Shown here in pieces: positions 52,460 to 62,348 of a stretch of DNA of 64,000 nucleotides. The notes below the pieces were generated by a model that saw only the letters and a list, made by a program, of their open reading frames with translations, did not search any database and was not told where the DNA came from. The DNA comes from Vulcanimicrobiota bacterium (GTDB lineage Bacteria > Vulcanimicrobiota > Vulcanimicrobiia > Vulcanimicrobiales > Vulcanimicrobiaceae): the NCBI GenBank assembly GCA_963795855.1, contig CAWCIZ010000003.1, positions 96,001 through 160,000 of the forward strand. Reading direction: 5' to 3'. The position numbers and the translations under genes are program-made. The stretch's first letter is position 1; each line of letters opens with the position of its first letter.

Positions 52460-53509
52460 CCGCGCCGCTTCCAAGATCGATTCCGGCGCGCCCGCGCGTA
52501 CGATGCGGTTCAGGCGCAAGTTCGCGCGACGGAAGAGATCGGCGAACTCTTCGCGCGTCCGTTCGCGTCCCGGCAGCATCGCAAGCATTTCGAGATCGCT
52601 GATGCGATCCTGGGTCCACCAATTGTTCGGCGCCGGCGCGACGGTTTCGTAAACGAGCACTCGCGCGTGTGTGGGCATTGTCTTACGCACGTTCTGCAGC
52701 ATCCGCACGCACGACGAGTCGTCCCAGTCGTGCAGCACGTGGCTGAAGATGTATGCGTCCGCCACGGGCGGCTCGCCGGTTAGAATATCGCCGGCGACCA
52801 CATCGAGGCGTTCGCCGGCCGGCACGCGTTCCGCCACGTTCTGCACCTCGAACACAGTGCCGCGCAAACCCGGAAAGCGCGCGAGAACCGTCGCGAGCAA
52901 CACGCCCGTGCCGCCCCCAACGTCGACGATATGATGCATCCGTGAAAAATCGTACGCTGCGGCGAACGCATCGGCAAAGAGCGGCGTGAGCGACTGCATC
53001 GCCGCGTCAAATGTTCGGCGCGCTTTCGGATGCGACTCATAGTAGGAAAACATCGGCACATCATGCGCCACGTCAAACCCCGGCCGATCGTCGCGGATGC
53101 CCGTCGCCATGTCGGCATACGCCGCCGTGTGCCACGGTGCGTTCGCGTAGAGCACCATCGGCGCCGCATTCCCTTCGCCCGTCAAGGCTTTGCCGAGATA
53201 TCCGAGCGCAAAACGTCCGCCCCCCTCCGATTTGACGACGTCGTATGCGGCAAGCGCGCGCAATAATCTAAACAACCGGTCGCGATTGCCATAACCGTTT
53301 GCGGCGAGATCCTCGGCCGTTCGCGCGCGTTGCGCGAGCGCGTCGGGTAAACCCAACTCGCAGAACGCCGCGAGACTGTGAGCCACCCACGACATGGTGC
53401 CGAGTTCGATAATGCCGAACCGCCGAGGAATGATGCGCCGCCGAACCTTCGCCAAGACATCCGCTGCACGCGAGATGGTGGCGGCAAGCCAGGGCGGCGG
53501 AGCGCTCAT
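52445..53509 (-). CDS. SAM-dependent O-methyltransferase (dimerisation + Methyltransf_2)
   Basis: VDVGGGTG, HVLHDWDD, GRERT. Confidence 0.9.
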   Translation of the reverse strand: MSAPPPWLAATISRAADVLAKVRRRIIPRRFGIIELGTMSWVAHSLAAFCELGLPDALAQRARTAEDLAANGYGNRDRLFRLLRALAAYDVVKSEGGGRFALGYLGKALTGEGNAAPMVLYANAPWHTAAYADMATGIRDDRPGFDVAHDVPMFSYYESHPKARRTFDAAMQSLTPLFADAFAAAYDFSRMHHIVDVGGGTGVLLATVLARFPGLRGTVFEVQNVAERVPAGERLDVVAGDILTGEPPVADAYIFSHVLHDWDDSSCVRMLQNVRKTMPTHARVLVYETVAPAPNNWWTQDRISDLEMLAMLPGRERTREEFADLFRRANLRLNRIVRAGAPESILEAARLSDD

Positions 53510-54441
53510 GAGACAGTCTGCAAGTTTTTGAAGTACTGGAACGTCTCGCGCATGCCGTCGACGAGTTTGGTTCGCGGTTCCCAGCCCAACTCGCGCTTTG
53601 CGAACGAGTAATCGAACTGCGCGTCACGGGCGTCGCCGGGCCGCTTGGGACCAGCTGTAACCTGCGGATGCAGACCGCTGATATCGCACAGCGTGCGGTA
53701 GATTTCATTCACGCTCGTGCGCCGGTTCGTTCCGATGCAATAGCACGTGCCGGAACCGCGCTCGAGCGCGATGCTGTTCGCTTCAGCGACGTCTTTGACG
53801 TAAACGTAGTCACGCGTCTGTTCGCCATCCCAATCGATGCGCACGCCCTGGCCGCTCAAAAACTTTCCGATGAAGATGGCGATGACGCCCGCTTCGCCGT
53901 TTGGATCCTGCCGCGGTCCGTACACGTTCCCATATCGCAGCGCCGTAAAGTCGAGCCCGTGCTCCGCTTTGTAGAAGCGAAGATACTGTTCGGAAACCAT
54001 CTTCGTTATGCCGTACGGTGATTCGGGGCGCTGAGGCGTGCGCTCGTCCATCGGAAGTCGATCCGGCGTGCCGAAGGTTGCACCGCTCGACGCAAAAAGC
54101 ACTTTTTTCACCTTACACCGCACGGCGTTGTCGAGCACGTTCAGCAGGCCCATCACATTCACGTCGGCGTCGTACTTGGGATCGCGAGCGCTTATCGCGA
54201 CGCTGTGCTGTGCGGCGTGGTGATTGACGATATCGGGTTTGAAATCGTCGAAGACTTGCCTCAGCCGTTCGTCACGCACGTCCACGTGCTCGAATTGCGC
54301 GCCGTCCGGCACGTTCGCGCGCCGTCCGCCGCCGTGCTCCCACAGGGAATCGACTACGAGGACGTCGTGTCCCGCCGACACGTACGCGTCCGCGACATGC
54401 GAGCCGATGAAACCGGCTCCGCCGGTCAGTAAAATGCGCAC
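53506..54441 (-). CDS. NAD-dependent epimerase/dehydratase (UDP-glucose 4-epimerase-like)
   Basis: TGGAGFIGSH, YGITK, RYGNVYGPRQ, TRDYVYV. Confidence 0.92.
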   Translation of the reverse strand: MRILLTGGAGFIGSHVADAYVSAGHDVLVVDSLWEHGGGRRANVPDGAQFEHVDVRDERLRQVFDDFKPDIVNHHAAQHSVAISARDPKYDADVNVMGLLNVLDNAVRCKVKKVLFASSGATFGTPDRLPMDERTPQRPESPYGITKMVSEQYLRFYKAEHGLDFTALRYGNVYGPRQDPNGEAGVIAIFIGKFLSGQGVRIDWDGEQTRDYVYVKDVAEANSIALERGSGTCYCIGTNRRTSVNEIYRTLCDISGLHPQVTAGPKRPGDARDAQFDYSFAKRELGWEPRTKLVDGMRETFQYFKNLQTVS

Positions 54442-54487
54442 AGCCTCTCCTCTAGTTCGTGTTTTGACCCGTCGCGATTGCCGGAGT

Positions 54488-56758
54488 ATGAAGACGCATC
54501 CGCTGCTGCTTCTCGGCGTCGCCGCCGCTGTCGGCGCGGCTGCCGTTCAGCCGGCGTTTCCCGGGCGCTGGCTCGCTTTGGGCGCGTTCACGTTGTGGCT
54601 CGCGTGGCCGTCGCGGCGCGATGAGGCTGACCGCATTCGTTCGTTCGCGGTGGCCGCCCTGGTCGCGGGAGCCTGCAGCGCGTCGCTTCATCTTTCCGCA
54701 GCCGGTCCGCCCGTTCGTACCCACACGCTTCGCGTTGCATGCACGGTGCTCGATGCAACGACTTGTGCGCTCGACCGCGGCATCACGATCGCCGTCGATC
54801 TGCAGGCGAATATGCCGCCCGCGGGAACGCACGTCGAATTACGCGGACGCATCGAGCCTTTCGACGCTCCGCGCAATCCCGGCGAACCCGACGAGCGCGA
54901 AATTGAACGCGAACGCGGCGTGCAAGCGCACATGAGCAACGCGCGGGTCCTCGCCGTATTGCCGCCGGGACCGCTTACGCCGGCAACAATCATTGCGCGA
55001 GCCCATGGATGGGCGCTCGCGCAATTGCAAATGCGCCTCGCGCAGCCTTACTCGGCGATCGTTGCAGGCGAATTGTGGGGCGAGCGCGCGACGCTCCCGC
55101 CCGATCTTCGCGCTGAATTTCAAGAAACGGGCACCGTGCACGTACTCGTAACGGCCGGCCTTCATTTGGGCGTCATTGCGCTCGCGGTGCTCACGTTCTT
55201 GCGGTTCTGCGCCGTGCCGCGCGTTGCCGCCTGCGCGATCGCTGCAAGCGTGCTCTGGACGTACGCGGTGTTCAGTGGGTTACATTTGCCTTCGATCCGC
55301 GCGGCCGCAATGGCGTCGTTTGCGCTTGCAGCGCACGCCGCGGGCGCGGCTTCACGCTCGTGGAACGCGTATGGCGCTGCGCTCGCAGTTATCGCGCTCT
55401 TCTGGCCCCTTTCACTTGACGGTGCGTCGTTCGCGTTGTCGTTTTCTTGCGTTGCGGCGATTCTGCTGTGCGCAGACGAAGTGCAGCGGCTGCTTCAAGG
55501 CTTTGCCGCGCCTCACCGAATTAGGGAAGCGCTCGCGTTGACGATTGCGACGCAACTTGGAACGTGGCCGCTTACCGCCGCGATATTTTTATTGTTTTCG
55601 CCGTACGCGGTCCTAGCGAACCTGCTCGTCGTGCCGGTCGTCGCCGCAACGATGCTCTTGGGCGGCGCGCAACTCGCGGCAGCGTCCATCGCGCCGCTCG
55701 CGCAAGCACTCGCGAATCTGAACGGCTGGCTTCTGGCGTGGATCGTCTCCAGCGTTCAGACCATCGCCGCGCTTCCTGGCGCATCCCTCGCCACGTCGCC
55801 CGCGCCGACATGGACGATTGCAGCCTACGATGCGGCGCTCGTGTCCGCCGTCGCCTGTTGGAAGCGTGGAGGCAAGACGCTTGCACTGGCGCTGCTTTTC
55901 ATGGGCTGCACGCTGGTCGCTACGCCGCCAATTCGTCCCGACCACCATCTGCGCATTACGGTTCTCGACGTCGGTCAGGCGGACGGCATCCTCATTCAGA
56001 CACCGCTCGGACACGCGATACTCGTCGATGCGGGTGGACGCCTCGAGCGCGGCGCGAACGGTGGATCCTCGGCTGAAAGCGTCGGCGAACGAATCGTCGT
56101 GCCGTTCCTGCGCCGCAACGGCGTGCGCCGAATCGACGCGCTACTACTTTCGCACCCGCACGGCGACCACGTCGGCGCCGCTGCTCCGATATTACGCGAC
56201 GGCTTTAGCGTGGGCGAACTCGCAGACAGCGGACAGCAGTATTCCGGTTATGCCTGGCGAGATGCCGTTGCCACGGCTCGCGCCGATCGCGTTCCGATCG
56301 TTTATCCGCGTGCAGGCATGGTTTGGCGCACGGAGGACGGTGTAACGCTGACATTCATCGGCCCCTCACTGCCCTTCATTGAAAGCAGCAACACGATCAA
56401 TGACAACTCGGTCGCGTTCATATTGCAATACAAGCACTTCCGCATGCTCTTCACCGGCGATGCAGGCGTTGCGGCCGAGCAGCGGTTCTTAAACGAGGGA
56501 ATCGATTTGCATGCAGACGTGCTGAAGGTCGGCCACCACGGATCCGCCTATAGCAGCTCACCCACGTTCATCGCCGCCGTCCATCCAAAATATGCCGTCA
56601 TCTCCGTAGGACGCCACAACATGTTCGGTCATCCGGCGCCATCGACAGTGGAAACGTTGCAGCGCTTCGGGGCACGCGTCTATCGCACCGATCGGGACGC
56701 CGCTGCATCCGTCGTCTCGGATGGGACAAACATTGCGATTTCGACAATGTTGCCGTAG
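54488..56758 (+). CDS. comEC: DNA uptake channel ComEC/Rec2
   Basis: TGTVHVLVTAGLH, LDVGQAD, SHPHGDH, LFTGD, KVGHHGS, FGHP. Confidence 0.95.
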   Translation: MKTHPLLLLGVAAAVGAAAVQPAFPGRWLALGAFTLWLAWPSRRDEADRIRSFAVAALVAGACSASLHLSAAGPPVRTHTLRVACTVLDATTCALDRGITIAVDLQANMPPAGTHVELRGRIEPFDAPRNPGEPDEREIERERGVQAHMSNARVLAVLPPGPLTPATIIARAHGWALAQLQMRLAQPYSAIVAGELWGERATLPPDLRAEFQETGTVHVLVTAGLHLGVIALAVLTFLRFCAVPRVAACAIAASVLWTYAVFSGLHLPSIRAAAMASFALAAHAAGAASRSWNAYGAALAVIALFWPLSLDGASFALSFSCVAAILLCADEVQRLLQGFAAPHRIREALALTIATQLGTWPLTAAIFLLFSPYAVLANLLVVPVVAATMLLGGAQLAAASIAPLAQALANLNGWLLAWIVSSVQTIAALPGASLATSPAPTWTIAAYDAALVSAVACWKRGGKTLALALLFMGCTLVATPPIRPDHHLRITVLDVGQADGILIQTPLGHAILVDAGGRLERGANGGSSAESVGERIVVPFLRRNGVRRIDALLLSHPHGDHVGAAAPILRDGFSVGELADSGQQYSGYAWRDAVATARADRVPIVYPRAGMVWRTEDGVTLTFIGPSLPFIESSNTINDNSVAFILQYKHFRMLFTGDAGVAAEQRFLNEGIDLHADVLKVGHHGSAYSSSPTFIAAVHPKYAVISVGRHNMFGHPAPSTVETLQRFGARVYRTDRDAAASVVSDGTNIAISTMLP

Positions 56759-56773
56759 GCCGTCGCAGGAAGG

Positions 56774-56957
56774 CTACATCTTGGCGATGCGCAGTTCGGC
56801 TTCAAGTTCGCGGACGCGCTCCACCGATTGCAATCGATGCAGCCGCCGCACCAGCCGCATAGACAAGTTCGCTTCGGAGTTCTTCCTCGTCGCCGTCCAC
56901 ATGCTCGCCGCTTCCATGCTTGCCGTACAGAGCGACGCCGATCGTGTGCCGTTGCAT
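56774..56957 (-). pseudogene. Possible C-terminal fragment of a GAF-like signalling protein
   Basis: MQRHTIGVALYGKHGSGEHVDGDEEELRSELVYAAGAA, frameshift, then VERVRELEAEL. No upstream body is present. Confidence 0.35.
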
Positions 56958-57037
56958 GTGAATTGGGGACGTTCACCTTTTTTGTTCTGCAAGCCGTAGC
57001 GCCTGGACCTCAGGCGGTGAACTCTGCGCGGCGGCAA

Positions 57038-58195
57038 CTATCGCAGCGGCGGCAGTCTGGCGATCCACGTGTTGACGTCGTTCAGGAACTGCTCTTTATT
57101 CGAGAGGAAGACGAAGTGGCTTGCGTTCGGTATGACGATCACTTTCGCGTGGGGCAGGCCGGCTTTGAAGCCTTTGATCGCCGCGGTCGTTTCGGCGTTG
57201 AATTCCTTCACTGCGGCTGGGGTGCGATCGGCGGGCGGCTCTCCCGAAAAGTCATGCGGATTGGCGAAGATTGCAAGGATCGGGACGTGGATCGGACCCT
57301 TGAAGCTGCTGGCGTTCTCAATAATCGCCTTTCCGACCGGCGGCATCGGAGGCTGCCCGGGAGCCGGCGTTCCCACCGGATCCTTCGGCTTGTTGCCTGA
57401 GTCGAACGCGTACCAATATCCGGCGTCTACGTATATCAACGCCGACACGCGATTCGGAAAACGCGTCCCGAGGTCGCTAAGTTCTTCGCCGGCGATCGAG
57501 TGGCCCATGACGATCGGCTTCTCGATCTTTAGCGCGTCCATCACGGCGATGACGTCGTCGCCGAGGCGGTCGGAGGAATAGTTCTCCGCGGTCGCAGCCG
57601 GTTTGCCCGAAGCGCCGAATCCGCGTCGCGTCATCGAATACACGTGATAGTGCTTGATCAGATTTGGCACGATCCCGTAGAAATCGTGTCCAGTGTTTCC
57701 AAGGCCGGCGAGCCAAAGAAGCGGACGTCCCTCGCCGCCCCAATCCAGAGCCTCGACGTTCACGCGGGGCTGAACTTCCACATACGTGACCTTTGGTTCG
57801 ACGATCGTCCACGTCGCATGCTTGACTTTTGTGTAGTTCATCGCGATCGGCGCGTAGTTTGGAATGTGCCATTTTCCGTCGAGCGTTTTGCCGCTGGTGC
57901 TGAGCGTTGCGTTGAACACGCGGTGATAATCGATCCACGGCCATGTGTGCATGTCGAACTTCATCGTCACGGCGTTTCCGTGAATCGACACATTCTTCGT
58001 CACGATTGGAACGTCCGATTCATCGAGGCTATGAATCACAACGTCGTATATGCCGCCTGTCTTCGTAATCTGCATGATGCGGTGCGACGGGCCCACAGGC
58101 CCCTTGATGATTCCTTGCCACGTACCGACGAGGCTGGGTTGCGGCGCCGAGGCCGCGAGCAGAAGCATAGACAGCGCGATTATGAGCGTGCGCAA
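57038..58195 (-). CDS. Secreted alpha/beta hydrolase with extra N-terminal beta domain
   Basis: GGAGG RBS before TTG, signal peptide, LAGLG, RRGFGAS, GHSIAG nucleophile elbow, NASHF. Confidence 0.88.
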   Translation of the reverse strand: MRTLIIALSMLLLAASAPQPSLVGTWQGIIKGPVGPSHRIMQITKTGGIYDVVIHSLDESDVPIVTKNVSIHGNAVTMKFDMHTWPWIDYHRVFNATLSTSGKTLDGKWHIPNYAPIAMNYTKVKHATWTIVEPKVTYVEVQPRVNVEALDWGGEGRPLLWLAGLGNTGHDFYGIVPNLIKHYHVYSMTRRGFGASGKPAATAENYSSDRLGDDVIAVMDALKIEKPIVMGHSIAGEELSDLGTRFPNRVSALIYVDAGYWYAFDSGNKPKDPVGTPAPGQPPMPPVGKAIIENASSFKGPIHVPILAIFANPHDFSGEPPADRTPAAVKEFNAETTAAIKGFKAGLPHAKVIVIPNASHFVFLSNKEQFLNDVNTWIARLPPLR

Positions 58196-58450
58196 AGCCG
58201 GACCTCCGATTAAAGCAATCAACGCGATCCTTCGACCGCATCGCTTACGTGCCTGCGCTTACGATGACGTTACACCGCAAGGTCTATAGATCGCAACGGC
58301 GCAAACGTCGTTGCTCGTTGCTAATAGTTCTTGTCCGAGCGCGATTTGCTGACACGTGCGAGCGTTTGAAAACATCTCATCGGAGCACACGAGCGTTGCG
58401 CGCAGACAGAACCAAAGGCTCAAACCATCCGATGTGGAACCGCCGCCGAT

Positions 58451-58927
58451 ATGAAATCTCGCCGTGCCCGTATTGCCGTAGTATTGGCGTGCCTTATGCT
58501 TGCTGCCTCGTCGCCTGCAAAGGCTGCGTCGCTCGTCGGGTTGCACTATCTCGTCGGTACGTGGAGCTGCACCTACCGCGCTGGAGCGTCACGCTTTGCC
58601 TACGGTGCCGTCTACACATATGATCGAAACGGCCACGTGTTGCGACAGATCGATTCATGGCCGGGCGGCGGCGGTGAAGAATTGCTGACCTATGACGCAA
58701 GGCGCGGCTGGACAGCCCTCATCCTCGACGACCAAGGAAACGCAACGATCATGCGCGCGCCAGGCAATGATCCGAACCACATTGCGTACCACAGCGTTTA
58801 CCCCGACGCAAGCATCGCTGAAAGGTTCGATACCGTCTCGGCGACGGAGTATACGCTGCACGCAAAGGTGCACGCGGGTGGAAAGACGACCGCATCAGTC
58901 GATACCTGCGTACGCCGAGCACGTTAG
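58451..58927 (+). CDS. Secreted hypothetical protein (lipocalin/DUF1579-like)
   Basis: Signal peptide, LHYLVGTWSC, C-terminal DTCVR. Confidence 0.6.
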   Translation: MKSRRARIAVVLACLMLAASSPAKAASLVGLHYLVGTWSCTYRAGASRFAYGAVYTYDRNGHVLRQIDSWPGGGGEELLTYDARRGWTALILDDQGNATIMRAPGNDPNHIAYHSVYPDASIAERFDTVSATEYTLHAKVHAGGKTTASVDTCVRRAR

Positions 58928-58969
58928 GTGCGGCGCGGGCTCCTATCGTTGGGTGAACGAGTCAGCGCA

Positions 58970-59617
58970 CTAGACCTCAGCCGGAACAACGTCTCTGAGT
59001 GGTTGCGTGTGAATGCCGCACTCTCCGCAGGCATTCGGCGTACCTTTCCACCGGCCGGCACGTTCGCTTTCCAATTCGTCTTCCTCGGGGAACGAGCAGA
59101 GGCCACAACCTAAACTGCGGTATCCGCGAGCGTACATCGGATTGACCGGAATCTCGTTCGTCGCTATGTATCTCCAAATGTCCAATTCGGTAAAGTCGAG
59201 AATGGGGTTCACCTTTACCAGACCGTTTTGTTCCTCCACGGGCTCGAAGTTCGCTCTGGTGATCCCCTCCGTCTTTCGGACGCCTGAGATCCAGGCGTCA
59301 TAATCGCGTAGCGCCTCTTTTGTTTTTTCGACTTTCGGTCTGCCGCAACACTTCTCGCCCTCTTCCTGGGAGAAAATGTATTCGGTGTAGTCGAGCCCGT
59401 ACCGTGCGGCGACGGATTTGGCGAATGCGTACGTTTCCGCAAACTCCGTATCGGCCATCACGCCGAACACCGGAATGTCGGGCTTCACCGAAAGGACTAG
59501 GTGCAGCGTCACCATCGAGTCTTTACCGAAGGAACAACCTAGGCAAATCGACGGATACTTTTCGATGGCGTCGATGACGAGCTGCCGGGCACTATCGATT
59601 TTATCGAGATACTTCAT
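58970..59617 (-). CDS. cysH: APS/PAPS reductase, Fe-S type
   Basis: SFGKDS, CC pair, WISGVR, KVNPI, GYRSLGCGLC, ERAGRW, ECGIH. Confidence 0.88.
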   Translation of the reverse strand: MKYLDKIDSARQLVIDAIEKYPSICLGCSFGKDSMVTLHLVLSVKPDIPVFGVMADTEFAETYAFAKSVAARYGLDYTEYIFSQEEGEKCCGRPKVEKTKEALRDYDAWISGVRKTEGITRANFEPVEEQNGLVKVNPILDFTELDIWRYIATNEIPVNPMYARGYRSLGCGLCSFPEEDELESERAGRWKGTPNACGECGIHTQPLRDVVPAEV

Positions 59618-59952
59618 GCGCAAACCTCGCGTGAAGTGTATAGCAAAATCAATCTCGTGCAGAGTGCGGATACCCCCGCCTCGGCTGCCCGATTGCCCTA
59701 ACCCGACGGCTCCAAACGCCCCATGTCACCGGCCACAGAGTTGCAGCGTTGGAAACACCGGCTCGCGCTCTACAAGAATAAGCGGAATGCCTGCCGTGAA
59801 AGACGCGCCGAACGATCTCCGGGCCGATCCGGCATGATGGGAGTTATTCGCGTAATCTGGGCTGCCGTCTGCGCGCATAACACACCCGCCCCAGCGCGTC
59901 TATTTGTCCGCAACGCGCTGACACGAACGCTGAAAAGGTCTATGATCCCATC

Positions 59953-60393
59953 ATGAATACCGCACAGGCGCAGACACGGCAGTGCATTTATCCTGCTCTA
60001 CGCTACGACGATGCCAAGTCGGCAATCGCGTGGCTCACCTCCGTGCTCGGTTTCGAGGAGCAGGTCGTCTATCCCGGCGAGGGTGAGAGTATCGCTCACG
60101 CGCAACTGAAACTGGGCCCCGACCTGATTATGCTGGGGAGCGTCGATGTAAAGAACGATCCTTACATGAAGAGCCCGAAAACGCTGGGCGCCGTTACCGG
60201 CGCAATATACATTGCGCTCGAAACGCCCGCGGACGTGGATGCGCTGTACGCACGTGCAAAAACAGCCGGAGCGGATATTTCCCGCGAACCTTCTGATACG
60301 GACTACGGTTCGCACGAGTTCGGAGTGCGCGATCCGGAAGGGCACGCCTGGAGCTTCGGTACGTATCGTCCGAGCGCAGATCGTCAGCCATGA
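59953..60393 (+). CDS. VOC/glyoxalase family protein
   Basis: YPALRYDDAKSAIAWL, HAQL, DTDYGSHEFGVRDPEGHAWSFGTY. Confidence 0.9.
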   Translation: MNTAQAQTRQCIYPALRYDDAKSAIAWLTSVLGFEEQVVYPGEGESIAHAQLKLGPDLIMLGSVDVKNDPYMKSPKTLGAVTGAIYIALETPADVDALYARAKTAGADISREPSDTDYGSHEFGVRDPEGHAWSFGTYRPSADRQP

Positions 60394-60536
60394 CGACGCC
60401 GAGTCATAGGTAACGGCGCTTGCGTCCGCCGGAACACGAGAGCAGCCGGCCGAAGTTCCGCGCAAACTTACGGAGAAATACGCACTCAGACGACCGCGGC
60501 ATTCCGCTGCGAAAGAGGGGTATCTCTTTTCGCTGA

Positions 60537-60573
60537 TCCGGTACCGGCGGTAGATGAAACCGCCGGTACCGGA
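60537..60573. terminator. Perfect 15-bp hairpin between convergent genes
   Basis: TCCGGTACCGGCGGT-AGATGAA-ACCGCCGGTACCGGA, about 10 bp past the stop at 60583; no U-tract. Confidence 0.55.
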
Positions 60574-60582
60574 GTCGTGGAA

Positions 60583-62264
60583 TTACGGCGTACCCAGATG
60601 ATCGAGCACGACCCGTGCGAGCGTTTCTGAAGTCGCCAGCACGGGTGAGCCGTTCTGGTGCACGAGCAACTGGAACGCCATACCGGCTTTCAGCACCGTT
60701 AGCCGGCCGTCTTTCCACGACGCCTTGTCGCCCAATCCCGCGATGAGTTGCGCGTCGTTAAATGCCTCTGAGAACTGCGCTGGAATGCCCGGAAGTCCGG
60801 GGAGATTCAGCACCGACTGCACGACATGCAGGCAGCTGAAACCGTGGCACGGCGCTGCGTGAACAGGCTGCATGACGAGGAGAATGTTTCGCGCCACGCC
60901 GTGCGTATGTGACGCGACCGCCCACGCGCACTCGTTCGGCGAGGGGTGCTGCGCGGCGCCCAACGATCCAACGCCTACGCCTAGTGCGGAAGCAACGTCG
61001 GGAGCACCGAGCATCGCGCATGGATCGACTTTCAAATTCGTACCGTTAGACGGAGGTTGCGCCGTCGTCGTCTGCTGCGATTGCGTTGCGGTCTGCGTTT
61101 CAGCTTGAGGTGCAGGTTGCGCTGCAGCAGCAGGCTGAGCCGGCGGCGGGGTATTCAACGACTCCCAGCCGGGTGCCATCGTTACCGTTCCGCCGCACGT
61201 CAAACTGATACGGAAGTTCGCCGGCATGCGGTACTGCGGAACGGGGATTGACACCATCTCCTTCTTCTGCGTGGCCGTGTCAAACGTCACGAGCAAACGC
61301 GTGGGCGCGTCTGCGGCATTAAAAACGCCGCCGCTGATCAGCTGATCGAACGTGTACGGGACGCCCGGAGGGAACGGAATATTTCGCGAACCGAGCGCAA
61401 ACCCACCGACCACGTTGGCCGACGAGGTGTTGTTACCGCTCTTCGTAGAGAGGAACTCGTCGCTCACGCTCGTGGGCGCGACTCGATCGCCGGGGTCGGC
61501 CACACTACCCGGAAAGACCTTACCGTGCGTGATGTTGACCCATTCTTGTCTGACGTGCCAACCAATTTGATCCCTTGCCTTCGTTCCGACGGGAAACGGC
61601 GTGACGGCAAGGACGCGCATTTTCCAGACGCCGTTCGACATCCATTGATTCATGCAGCCGCTGGTTGCGTTGAGCTGCGTGGAGCCGCCCTGCGCCTGTG
61701 CTGCGGCCCCGCTTGCAACGCAGCCGAGCTTGTAATGAAAGTTGTATTGCCTGCTCGAAAAATGCGGCTTGTTCGACGTTGAAACGACGGCGTTGTCGAA
61801 GACTGCGTCCACGCGCCCTCGGTTTGTCGTTCGGATCAACGCTCATGTTCGGGCCGAAATAGACGGCCCGGTACGTCAGTTCGCCGGAAGGCGCCATGTC
61901 ATCGAACGTAAGCCTGCTCGAAATTGTGCCCTTCTACTTGGAGTGCGGAGTTCGAGAGCTGCAAATCCATTGATTTCAATGACGAATCCGCCGGAGCGAG
62001 TTCGCGCGAGGTGCCGTTGCGCCACACCTCCGTGACTTGCCATCCGGTTTGTTTGGCGCCGTCCATGATCGGCTCGACCTTGGTAACTTTTGCGCGCCAA
62101 ACACCATTGAAGAGCCACTGGTTCAAGCAGCCCGTTCGCGCATTGGTTTGCGCAAGAGCCGGCGTAGGCAGTAAAAATTGAGCCAGCGCTAGGCTGGTTA
62201 TTAGAACGGCAGTCGTTATTCCGCGAAACGATCGCGTAAGTGCGACACGATCTCTGGGTGACAT
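60583..62264 (-). CDS. Secreted protein with two copies of an unknown domain plus a Cys-containing C-terminal domain; frameshifts at about 61913 and 61813
   Basis: Signal peptide; GCLNQWLFNGVWRAKV and GCMNQWMSNGVWKMRV; P/Q/A/T linker; VDPCAML...NECAW. Confidence 0.7.
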
Positions 62265-62348
62265 TTGTTTCCTTCCCTTCGCATGACGTATGCAAAAGGT
62301 ATCAGCCTGCCGTCCCGCAAGCGTCCCGCGCGCGGCTTACAGCGGCTG

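Noticed and set aside
58970..59617. DndC/SspD-type phosphorothioation gene explaining the error motif
   Set aside because: It has canonical CysH motifs (RxGRW, ECGIH) and no dnd or ssp neighbours.
2338..61915. Programmed ribosomal frameshifting or phase variation at the split genes
   Set aside because: No slippery runs, simple-sequence repeats or shared downstream structures occur at the sites.
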